Assembly (NCBI GenBank): GCA_949298805.1
Contig: CASFXY010000006.1
Location: forward strand, 17,442 to 81,441
Reading direction: 5' to 3'
From: an uncultured bacterium
GTDB taxonomy: Bacteria; Cyanobacteriota; Vampirovibrionia; Gastranaerophilales; Gastranaerophilaceae
DNA: 64,000 nucleotides
Shown: positions 30,418 through 38,667 of the stretch, one piece after another
How positions within the stretch are numbered: position 1 is the stretch's first letter
How the letters are laid out: every line of letters begins with the position of its first letter
Notes under the pieces: generated by a model
Told to the model about the DNA's origin: nothing
The model's input: the letters and a program-made list of their open reading frames with translations, nothing else
Databases searched by the model: none
Translations under genes and position numbers: made by a program

Positions 30418-30912
30418 ATGAGTTTTGATATTTTTGATATAGCAGGTTCCGGTATGCATGCGCAAAGAGTTATGATGGATACGGTTTCATCAAACATTGC
30501 TAATGCCAATACAACCAGAAATGCAAAAGGTGAAAGAGAAGTCTATACAAAAAAAGAGGTTACCTTTAAGGCAGTTTACAAAAATGCACTGCGTCCTGCT
30601 ATGCCGACAGGTTCACATGACATACAAATGGATTTGGAAAATGGACCTTATTTAAGAGGCAGAGTTGTTTTTCAAGAAGACGGTATGGCTCAAGGTGTTA
30701 TGGTGGATGAAATAAGGGAGTCAGAAAATCCTTACAGGATGGTTTATGACCCTACTCATCCGGATGCTGATGAAAAAGGTATGGTGCAGTTGCCTAACGT
30801 TAATGTGGTGGAAGAAATGGTTAATATGGTTAATGCATCAAAAGCATACGAAGCAAATGTTACAATAGCACAAACAACAAAAACAATGATACAGTCTGCA
30901 CTTCAAATATAG
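30418..30912 (+). CDS. flgC: Flagellar basal-body rod protein FlgC
   Basis: IAGSGMHAQRVMMDTVSSNIANANTT and YPNVNVVEEMVNMVNASKAYEANV. Confidence 0.93.
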   Translation: MSFDIFDIAGSGMHAQRVMMDTVSSNIANANTTRNAKGEREVYTKKEVTFKAVYKNALRPAMPTGSHDIQMDLENGPYLRGRVVFQEDGMAQGVMVDEIRESENPYRMVYDPTHPDADEKGMVQLPNVNVVEEMVNMVNASKAYEANVTIAQTTKTMIQSALQI

Positions 30913-30921
30913 GATTAAAAA

Positions 30922-31395
30922 ATGAGTTTTCAAATTAATACCAATATTGGTTCAATAGATGATTTTAATAAAAGTTTTGATAAAAGTATTAAAAATTTTA
31001 ATGAAAAAATTGATTCTGCTTCTGATTTCAATGAGGTCTTTAATTCTTTAACATCAAATGAGCCAAAAAATACAAAAGAACCCCAAAAACTTAAAGGTTC
31101 GGTTGAGATGTTTTTGGGGGCTGATGCTATAAATGCTCAAAAGGTAGAAAATCTTTCAGACACTGCAAGAATGGCGCGTGATATTGGCGAAGGTTTTTCT
31201 TCAGGACTTGGTAATTTAAGTTCTGCTCAAAAAGAAGCCGAAAATGCAATGGAAACATTTGCCGCAGGTGGTGATATAAGTGTGCATGAGGTTATGATTG
31301 CTTCTCAAAAATCCTCTCTTGCAATGCAGATGGCAATTCAATTAAGAAATCAAATGATAAATGCTTATAGTGAATTTAAAAATTTAAGAGTTTAA
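30922..31395 (+). CDS. fliE: Flagellar hook-basal body protein FliE (N-terminally extended)
   Basis: C-terminal FliE signature (GGDISVHEVMIASQKSSLAMQMAIQLRNQMINAY). It is 157 aa, versus about 100-110 aa in model organisms. Confidence 0.8.
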   Translation: MSFQINTNIGSIDDFNKSFDKSIKNFNEKIDSASDFNEVFNSLTSNEPKNTKEPQKLKGSVEMFLGADAINAQKVENLSDTARMARDIGEGFSSGLGNLSSAQKEAENAMETFAAGGDISVHEVMIASQKSSLAMQMAIQLRNQMINAYSEFKNLRV

Positions 31396-31476
31396 AAAGC
31401 TTAACAAATTGAATTAATTAATAAAAAAGTCTAAAATATTGTAGTATACATACTCAAAACAGGGATATTTAATAAA

Positions 31477-33207
31477 GTGAACGAACATCTGAAAGCCATG
31501 GCACTTGATATAAAAAAGATTTGGGACAAGTTTGACCTGAATCAAAAATTTATTATAGCTGCTCTTTTAGTTGTTGCAATGGTTGTTTGTATATATTTTA
31601 TTTTTAAAGCAACTGAGCCTAATTGGTCTGTTTTGTATTCGGATTTATCAAGAGATGATGTGGCTGCAATATCCGAAAGTCTTAAAAAAAGCGGCTATGC
31701 TTTTAAATTATCAGACGATAAATCTGCAATTTTGGTGCGCGAACAAGACAAGGAAAACCTTAGAATTTTTGTTGCAGAAAATGATCTTATAAAAGACTCA
31801 TCTCCAGGTTTTGAGCTTTTAGATGACCTGCAAATGGGTTCTACTGATTTTAAAAATAAGCTCACCAAGCAAAGAATTTTCCAAGGTGAGCTAACGCGTT
31901 CTATTGAAAAAATCAGCGGTATCCAAAAAGCAAGAGTTCAGTTGGCAGAGCCTGAACGTTCCGTGTTTTCGGATGATGATGAAGAACCAAGTGCAAGCGT
32001 TATATTAATTCTTGAACCGGGTTATAGGCTAAAACCTTCTCAAATTCTTGCGATTAAAAACCTTGTTGCCTATTCTGTTCCTCGCTTAACAAATGACAGA
32101 GTATTTTTGACCGATCAAAACGGCAATGCTTTAAGTGAAGACGTTTCAAAAAATAATACGGATATGCAAAGTTATCGTACTTCTTTTGAAAAAGAGGCTG
32201 CAAAAAAAATTCAAGATACTCTTGAAACTATAATGGGTAAAGATAATGTATCTGTTCAGGTAAGTGCTGTTATGGATTTTAACTCTACACGTTCGACTAT
32301 CGAGAGTTATATTCCTGCTGATGGCACTCAAAGCGGAGTTATTTTAGGTCAGCAGAGCGAGAAAGAAACATATAAGAAACCTCAACCTATAGTTTTAAAA
32401 AAAGACGAAGTTGCTCTTGACCCTGATAATCCTGTTGGGCAAAATCAGCAACAAGGGCAACAAAATCAACAAACACAGGCACAAAATGTTCAAACTCAAA
32501 ATGTCATCAGTGTTGTTGAAGAACAAAGCGGTATAAGCGAGGCGGATGAAAATGCAAGAAACGTAACGGATAAAGTTCGCGGACGAGAATTAAGCTATGA
32601 AAAAGAAAAAAATGCTGTCAATTATGCAGTTACCAAAGAGGTTAAACAGGTAGTGTATGCACCCGGTTCGGTGACTCGTTTGTCGGTTGCGGTTGCTGTG
32701 AATAAAATTCTTACTGATGAAGAAAAAGAAGATATAAAAAATCTTGTAATAGCTGCTGCGGGTATGGATATTAGTCGCGGGGATGTGGTTAATGTTTCAA
32801 GTCTTAAATTTATGGGAATTGATAAGGCAGAGCAATTACAAACATTAAATCAGGAAAGATATTCAAAAATTATGGAAATGTTGGAATTTATATTTTCTAA
32901 TGTCGCACCGCTTATAGTGGTATTAGTTCTCGGTATATTAGGACTTACTACTTTTTCATCAATATTTAAAAAGCCTGCGCCTCCAAAACCTGTCTATCAG
33001 GAAGAAAATCAGTATAACAATGCGTTTGACCCATATCTTATGCTGGGCAATAACGATGGTATGGATGGAGGCTTTATCGAACAAAATGAAGGTGATGAAC
33101 CGGTATTCACTTCGGTTGTCGATAAAAAACGCGCCGAGATAACGGATATTATTCTTGGCGATCCTCAAGATGCAGCGAGATTGCTGACATCATATATAAA
33201 AGAATGA
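31477..33207 (+). CDS. fliF: Flagellar MS-ring protein FliF
   Basis: GTG start. N-terminal TM helix, then YSDLSRDDVAAISESLKKSGYAF, ELTRSIEKISGIQKARVQLAEPE, a C-terminal TM helix and a Gln-rich insert. Confidence 0.9.
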   Translation: MNEHLKAMALDIKKIWDKFDLNQKFIIAALLVVAMVVCIYFIFKATEPNWSVLYSDLSRDDVAAISESLKKSGYAFKLSDDKSAILVREQDKENLRIFVAENDLIKDSSPGFELLDDLQMGSTDFKNKLTKQRIFQGELTRSIEKISGIQKARVQLAEPERSVFSDDDEEPSASVILILEPGYRLKPSQILAIKNLVAYSVPRLTNDRVFLTDQNGNALSEDVSKNNTDMQSYRTSFEKEAAKKIQDTLETIMGKDNVSVQVSAVMDFNSTRSTIESYIPADGTQSGVILGQQSEKETYKKPQPIVLKKDEVALDPDNPVGQNQQQGQQNQQTQAQNVQTQNVISVVEEQSGISEADENARNVTDKVRGRELSYEKEKNAVNYAVTKEVKQVVYAPGSVTRLSVAVAVNKILTDEEKEDIKNLVIAAAGMDISRGDVVNVSSLKFMGIDKAEQLQTLNQERYSKIMEMLEFIFSNVAPLIVVLVLGILGLTTFSSIFKKPAPPKPVYQEENQYNNAFDPYLMLGNNDGMDGGFIEQNEGDEPVFTSVVDKKRAEITDIILGDPQDAARLLTSYIKE

Positions 33208-33238
33208 TAATTACATAAAAGAGAAGAATTAAAGAGAA

Positions 33239-34261
33239 ATGCTCCCGATACAATTAGAAGCCATGACACATTCACAGAAGGTCGCAGCACTTATGATAGT
33301 GTTGGGTCCTGCGGCTGCTTCTGAAATTATGAAAAATATAACCGATGATGATGTTCTTGAACAAATAACTTTAGATATTGCCGCAATGAATAAATTGCCT
33401 ATTGAAACACTTGAGGCGATTGTGGATGAGTTTCATACAATTTTTCAGGCGAATTCTATGCTGGCATCCGGCGGTATGAATTATGCAAAAACCCTTTTGG
33501 AAAAAGCTTATGGTACTGAACAAGCAAATAAAATTTTAGACAGATTAGTTACTATTTTGAATTCAAACCCTTTCCAATTCTTTAATGATGCGGACCCTAT
33601 ACAACTTGCAACATCTTTTCAAAATGAAAATCCGCAATTGATTGCTCTTATTCTTGCATATTTAAAGCCGGAACAATCTGCAAAAGTATTAAATTGCTTG
33701 CCTCCAAATGTTCAACATAAAGTTTCTTTAAAAATTGCGCAAATGGAAACAACAAACCCTGAAATTATATCAGAAGTTGAAAAGATTGTTGAGAGCAAGT
33801 TTTCAAATGTTGTTATACAAGATTTTTCAAAAGCAGGAGGTACGGAGGCTCTCGCAAGTATTTTAAACAGAACAGACAGGGCAACCGAAAAAAATGTTAT
33901 CGAAATGCTCGAAGAAGAAACGCCCCAATTAGCAGAAGATGTCAGAAGTCTTATGTTTGTATTTGAAGATATTGTTAATCTTGATGATAGAGCTATTCAA
34001 AGAGTGTTGCGCGAGGTTGACACAAAAGATTTGGCTCTTTCGCTTAAAGGTTCCAGAGATGATGTTAAAGATAAAATCTTGCGCAATATGTCAGAACGTG
34101 CTCAGGCAATATTACTTGAAGATATGGAATATATGGGTCCTGTCAGAGCTCGCGAAGTTCAAGAAGTTCAATCAAGAATTGTTGGTATAATCAGAATGCT
34201 TGAACAAAACGGCGAAATTGTTGTCGTACGTGACGGCGCCGGAGATGAGTTAATTGAGTAG
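33239..34261 (+). CDS. fliG: Flagellar motor switch protein FliG
   Basis: KVAALMIVLGPAAASEIMK, MFVFEDI, LREVDTKDLALSLKG, ILRNMSERA. Confidence 0.93.
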   Translation: MLPIQLEAMTHSQKVAALMIVLGPAAASEIMKNITDDDVLEQITLDIAAMNKLPIETLEAIVDEFHTIFQANSMLASGGMNYAKTLLEKAYGTEQANKILDRLVTILNSNPFQFFNDADPIQLATSFQNENPQLIALILAYLKPEQSAKVLNCLPPNVQHKVSLKIAQMETTNPEIISEVEKIVESKFSNVVIQDFSKAGGTEALASILNRTDRATEKNVIEMLEEETPQLAEDVRSLMFVFEDIVNLDDRAIQRVLREVDTKDLALSLKGSRDDVKDKILRNMSERAQAILLEDMEYMGPVRAREVQEVQSRIVGIIRMLEQNGEIVVVRDGAGDELIE

Positions 34262-35180
34262 GATTAAATCAGATAAAATAAGCATAGCAGATTCTATTGT
34301 TGTGGATTTTTTTTCTTCCCAAAATGAGGAAAGCCAATCCTTGGATTCTGATGGCAATAATCCTGTAAATGATGATACAAGACTTAATCTTATACAAATA
34401 GAAGCACAGGATAAGGCACAAAAACTTCTTGATGAGGCAAATTTGAAGGCTCAGGAAATTTTAAATGCTGCTAAGCTTGAGGCAGACGAGATAAAAGAAA
34501 AAGCAAGACTCGAAGCCCTTAATATTAATGACGAGGCTGCTGAATTGTCGGAAAAAACAAAAAATGATGCACAAACATTAATTGAAACTGCGCAAGCAGA
34601 TGCATTGCAAATAAAAGAAAACGCGCGACAAGAAGGTGCTCAAGAAGGCTATCAACTTGGTTATGATGATGGATTAAAAAAAATACAGGAAGAACTTTTG
34701 CAAAAAGTTAATTATATGGATGAATTTGTCAAAAGCACTTTTGATATGAAAAATAAGATTTTAGCGCAGTCTAAAAAAGAAATTGTTAATCTTGTATTAA
34801 TGATTGCAAGGAAAATTTCAATTAATTCAGTTAATGCTCAATGTGTTGCAAGTGTTCTTGATAAATCAATTTCACTGTTGAACGACAAAGAAAATATTGA
34901 AGTGATTTTGAGTGAAAGATATGCCCAACTTTTAAATCAGATTTTAAATGGTGATTTAATTGAACAAAACGGTGATTTGGAAATTGACATTGATAAACTT
35001 AAAAATATAAAGCTTATCTATAATGCAAAAATGCCTGACGATACACTAATTGTTCAAACTCCAAAAGAGAGATTGGATTTAAGTTTTAATTCTCAACTTA
35101 ATCAAATTTCAAAAGAATTTTTAAAGGAGTTAAATTCATCTTTTGACAAGAAAGACGAGGGCGAAATTGGAGGGGTTTGA
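34254..35180 (+). CDS. fliH: Flagellar export protein FliH (long form)
   Basis: Sits between fliG and fliI. It has a charged coiled coil (EAQDKAQKLLDEANLKAQEILNAAKLEADEIKEKA) and a C-terminal FliH-like domain. The TTG start is uncertain. Confidence 0.7.
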   Translation: MSRIKSDKISIADSIVVDFFSSQNEESQSLDSDGNNPVNDDTRLNLIQIEAQDKAQKLLDEANLKAQEILNAAKLEADEIKEKARLEALNINDEAAELSEKTKNDAQTLIETAQADALQIKENARQEGAQEGYQLGYDDGLKKIQEELLQKVNYMDEFVKSTFDMKNKILAQSKKEIVNLVLMIARKISINSVNAQCVASVLDKSISLLNDKENIEVILSERYAQLLNQILNGDLIEQNGDLEIDIDKLKNIKLIYNAKMPDDTLIVQTPKERLDLSFNSQLNQISKEFLKELNSSFDKKDEGEIGGV

Positions 35181-36480
35181 TTTTTCGCCATATAAAAAAA
35201 TTATTGAGGAAGTTAATCCTGTAGCTAAAATAGGCAAAGTTGTCGAAATTATAGGCTTGATTATTGAAGCAGACGGTCCGGAGTCCTCAATTGGTGATTT
35301 GTGTCATATAATTTCAGATGACATGGAACAAGTTTGGGCAGAAGTTGTCGGATTTCGCGAAGACAGGATTTTACTTATGCCACTGGGTTCAATTGAGGGT
35401 TTAAAATCAGGCGCAAAGGTTGTTAATACTGGTGAAGATATGAAAGTAAAGGTTTCAGATTCGCTTTTGGGTCGCGTTTTAGATGGACTTGGCAATCCTA
35501 TCGACGGCTTGGGTGAAATTTGTGCTGAGCAATATTATTCAACGGGTGGAAAATTAATTAATCCTCTTAAAAGAAAGCCGATTGATGAACCTTTAAGCCT
35601 TGGTATACGTGCTGTTGACGGACTTGTTACAATTGGAAAAGGTCAGAGAATGGGAATTTTTGCAGGTTCAGGGGTCGGCAAAAGCACAACCCTTGCAATG
35701 ATGGCAAAAAATACTTCTGCTGATATTAACGTAATTGCATTAATTGGAGAACGAGGACGTGAAGTTCGGGAGTTTATTGAGAATACTCTTGGTGTTGAGG
35801 GTATGAAGCGTTCAATTGTTGTTGTGGCAACATCTGAACAACCTTCTCTTGTGAAAATTAAGGCGGCATTTGTAGCTTGTGCAATTGCGGAATATTTTAG
35901 AGATAAGGGTAAAGATGTGCTTTTTATGCTTGATAGTGTAACGCGTATTGCATTAGCACAAAGAGAGGTTGGGCTTGCTGTAGGCGAACCCCCCGCAACG
36001 CGAGGTTATACGCCTTCTGTATTTGCACTTATGCCAAAGTTTTTGGAAAGAGCAGGTTGCAATGAATACGGTACAATAACCGGACTTTATACTGTTTTAG
36101 TTGAGGGTGATGACTTTAACGAGCCTGTTTCAGACACAGCAAGAAGTATTTTAGACGGGCATATAATGCTCTCTCGTACTCTTGCCCATAAAAATCACTA
36201 TCCGGCAATCGATGTACTGCAAAGTATTTCGCGTGTTATGAATAATGTAGTTTCAAAAGAACATAGGGATGCTGCAGGTAAAATTCGTGCTCTTTTGGCA
36301 AGTTATGCGAAGAATGAAGATTTAATAAACATCGGGGCTTATCAAAGAGGTTCAGATTCTCTTACTGACAAAGCAATTGCACTAATGGACAGTATTAATA
36401 GTTATTTAATACAGTCTACAGAAGATAAAGCGAACTATGATGCAAGCGTAGATGAGCTTATAAAACTGGCACAACTGTGA
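35143..36480 (+). CDS. fliI: Flagellum-specific ATPase FliI
   Basis: Walker A GSGVGKST and Walker B VLFMLDSVTR, plus RGYTPSVF and HYPAIDVLQSISR. The start is uncertain (TTG at 35143 or 35167). Confidence 0.93.
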   Translation: MTRKTRAKLEGFDFSPYKKIIEEVNPVAKIGKVVEIIGLIIEADGPESSIGDLCHIISDDMEQVWAEVVGFREDRILLMPLGSIEGLKSGAKVVNTGEDMKVKVSDSLLGRVLDGLGNPIDGLGEICAEQYYSTGGKLINPLKRKPIDEPLSLGIRAVDGLVTIGKGQRMGIFAGSGVGKSTTLAMMAKNTSADINVIALIGERGREVREFIENTLGVEGMKRSIVVVATSEQPSLVKIKAAFVACAIAEYFRDKGKDVLFMLDSVTRIALAQREVGLAVGEPPATRGYTPSVFALMPKFLERAGCNEYGTITGLYTVLVEGDDFNEPVSDTARSILDGHIMLSRTLAHKNHYPAIDVLQSISRVMNNVVSKEHRDAAGKIRALLASYAKNEDLINIGAYQRGSDSLTDKAIALMDSINSYLIQSTEDKANYDASVDELIKLAQL

Positions 36481-36496
36481 AGCTGCGCCAGTTTTA

Positions 36497-37585
36497 TTAT
36501 TCATTGTGAGTGACACTTAACGAGATTCTTTTGTCATCAGGATTAAATTTCAGAATTGTTGTATCTATTTCATCGCCCACGTCTAATATTGTGCCATGTT
36601 CATTTTGATATTGGACAAGTTCTGCTTGAGGTAAAAGTGCTTCAACACAAGGGTAAACCTCAACAAAAGCACCAAAATGTTTTATTCTCGTGATTTTACC
36701 TTTAATTTTTGCGCCTTCGGTTATTTTGCCTTTTGCTTCAATCCAAGGGTCAGGCTCAAGATTTTTAAGACTTAGCGATACTCTTTGTTTATCAAGGTCA
36801 ATACCTATAATTTCAACGTCTATTTTTTCCCCTACTTTTAAAATATCACAAGGATGGTCTACCCATCTCCAAGATATTTGCGACAATGGCAGTAATCCGT
36901 CAACTCCTCCTATATCAATAAATGCGCCAAAATCTGCAATTCTTACGACTTCGCCTTTTACAACCGCACCTATTTCAAGTTGACCAAATACATCTTTTTT
37001 AATTTCTTCAAGGTTGTCAGTGTAAACTTTTCTGTTGGAAAGGATGAAATTATTTTGAGCCATATCCATTGTTAATATTTTAAGCTCAATTGTCTGATTA
37101 ACAATATTATCGGTCTCTTTTGAGCGCAAGTGGCTGGATGGTACAAAACCTCGCACTCCCATAACGTCGACTAAAACACCGCCTTTGACAGATTGAACCA
37201 CAGTGCCTTCAACAACTTTATCCTGAGTTTTTGCATCTTCAAGGATTTTCCAATTGTATGCCATTGCTACTTTTCTGTATGATACGGTAAATCTTCCGTC
37301 TTCGTCTTCTTCTTTTATTATTAAAAATTCATATTCTTTATCTTTTTCAAGTATTTGTTCGATGTTGTCGTCTTTGTTTAACTTTGCTTCTTTTTCGGGG
37401 CAAATGGCATTAGTTTTAGCGCCTATATCAATAATCGCGCCTTCGCTGTCATAAGTACATACAATGCCTTTTACTAAATCTCCTTTTTGAAAGCTATATT
37501 CGTACCTTTGAAGAAGTTCTTCGTATTCTTTGTCGCTAATCTGGTTTGATGGGCACATACTAAAACAATCTCCTTGTATTATCAT
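36497..37585 (-). CDS. rpsA: 30S ribosomal protein S1 (short, about four S1 domains)
   Basis: Repeated S1/OB motifs (GDLVKGIV..GAIIDIG, VEGTVVQSVKGGVLVDV..RGFVPSSH, VKGEVVRIADFGAFIDIGG, IKGKITRIKHFGAFVEV). AAGGAG precedes the internal ATG at 37558, which may be the real start. Confidence 0.85.
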   Translation of the reverse strand: MIIQGDCFSMCPSNQISDKEYEELLQRYEYSFQKGDLVKGIVCTYDSEGAIIDIGAKTNAICPEKEAKLNKDDNIEQILEKDKEYEFLIIKEEDEDGRFTVSYRKVAMAYNWKILEDAKTQDKVVEGTVVQSVKGGVLVDVMGVRGFVPSSHLRSKETDNIVNQTIELKILTMDMAQNNFILSNRKVYTDNLEEIKKDVFGQLEIGAVVKGEVVRIADFGAFIDIGGVDGLLPLSQISWRWVDHPCDILKVGEKIDVEIIGIDLDKQRVSLSLKNLEPDPWIEAKGKITEGAKIKGKITRIKHFGAFVEVYPCVEALLPQAELVQYQNEHGTILDVGDEIDTTILKFNPDDKRISLSVTHNE

Positions 37586-37630
37586 CCTTTATGATTATAG
37601 CAAATTTTTTAACATAGTACATGTTTTTTC

Positions 37631-37649
37631 CTTAATATTTCTTAATAAA
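37631..37649 (+). promoter_or_regulatory. Copy B of the recurrent intergenic motif (CTTAATATTTCTTAATAAA)
   Basis: Two exact CTTAATA heptads with a 10-nt period. It lies 103 nt upstream of the first WYL-like gene, in the divergent region shared with rpsA. Confidence 0.5.
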
Positions 37650-37752
37650 TAGGCCGTATAGATGAGATAAAAATTAAACATTTATGATATATGAGCTTTT
37701 TTTGTTACTATAAGTATAGAGTAATTATTTAAACGCAAGTTTTTGGATATTT

Positions 37753-38667
37753 ATGTTAAAGATAAACAATAATATTGCCCAGACGGGGTTAAGAATATTA
37801 TTTTTAATTCAGCTTTTAATTAAAGGCCCTATTTCTAAAGCAGGAATTTTAGAAGAAATTTCCAAAAATGCTTCTTTGAGAATTGTTTCGCCCGATACTA
37901 TAACGTTAGATATAAATACTCTAAAATCTGTCGGTTTTGATATAGTGACAGGAAATAAGAGTAATAATTATTGCTACGAGCTGAAACTCAGTCCAATTAA
38001 AATAAAACTTACAAAAAAAGAAATTAAAGCACTTGTAATTGCAAGAAAAGCTATGTTTCATTTTATGGACTTCAGGTACATAATTTCCATATATGAAACA
38101 TTCAAAAAAATATCAAAACTCATTGAATCTGATGAACAAGCGCAGACACTTTTGAATTTTGGTAATATCTTAAAGACAAATTTTAAGATATTAAAGGAGT
38201 TAGATGTACATGCAAGACATAATAATGAGATAATAATTTTTTACAGTTCTCCGTCAGGCAAAAAACGTGAAATGCAAATAAGATGCGTAAAGCTTGAATA
38301 CTCAAAGAAGAACGATAAGCTTTATTTATGGGGTGTTTGCGAAGAATATGGGAATGTTTATTTAAGAACCGATCATATTAAAAAAATTATTAAAATTGTA
38401 AAAATAAATGCTCAAACCGAATTTAAACCCAATAAATGTATTTATACTATTTTTAGCACTAATGATTCGGAGTTTAGCCTCAGTGACAGAGAGAAAATTA
38501 TAAAAATTACCCCCGAGTATATACAAATAAGAAAAGAATATTTGAACGAATTTTATTTAAAGCAAAAACTTCTTTCTTATGGGGAAAATCTTATTGGGGT
38601 TGATAATCCGCAAATAAAAAAACAACTTATTGAAATTATTCAAGAAGTTGAGGAGATGTACATTTGA
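37753..38667 (+). CDS. Putative transcriptional regulator, wHTH plus WYL-like domain (paralog 1)
   Basis: N-terminal HTH-like segment (TGLRILFLIQLLIKGPISKAGILEEIS). The central segment EIIIFYSS..REMQIRCVKLEYSKKNDKLYLWGVCEEYGNVYLRTDHIKKI resembles the WYL-domain pattern (..WYL.G.C.....R.FRLDRI). Confidence 0.5.
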   Translation: MLKINNNIAQTGLRILFLIQLLIKGPISKAGILEEISKNASLRIVSPDTITLDINTLKSVGFDIVTGNKSNNYCYELKLSPIKIKLTKKEIKALVIARKAMFHFMDFRYIISIYETFKKISKLIESDEQAQTLLNFGNILKTNFKILKELDVHARHNNEIIIFYSSPSGKKREMQIRCVKLEYSKKNDKLYLWGVCEEYGNVYLRTDHIKKIIKIVKINAQTEFKPNKCIYTIFSTNDSEFSLSDREKIIKITPEYIQIRKEYLNEFYLKQKLLSYGENLIGVDNPQIKKQLIEIIQEVEEMYI

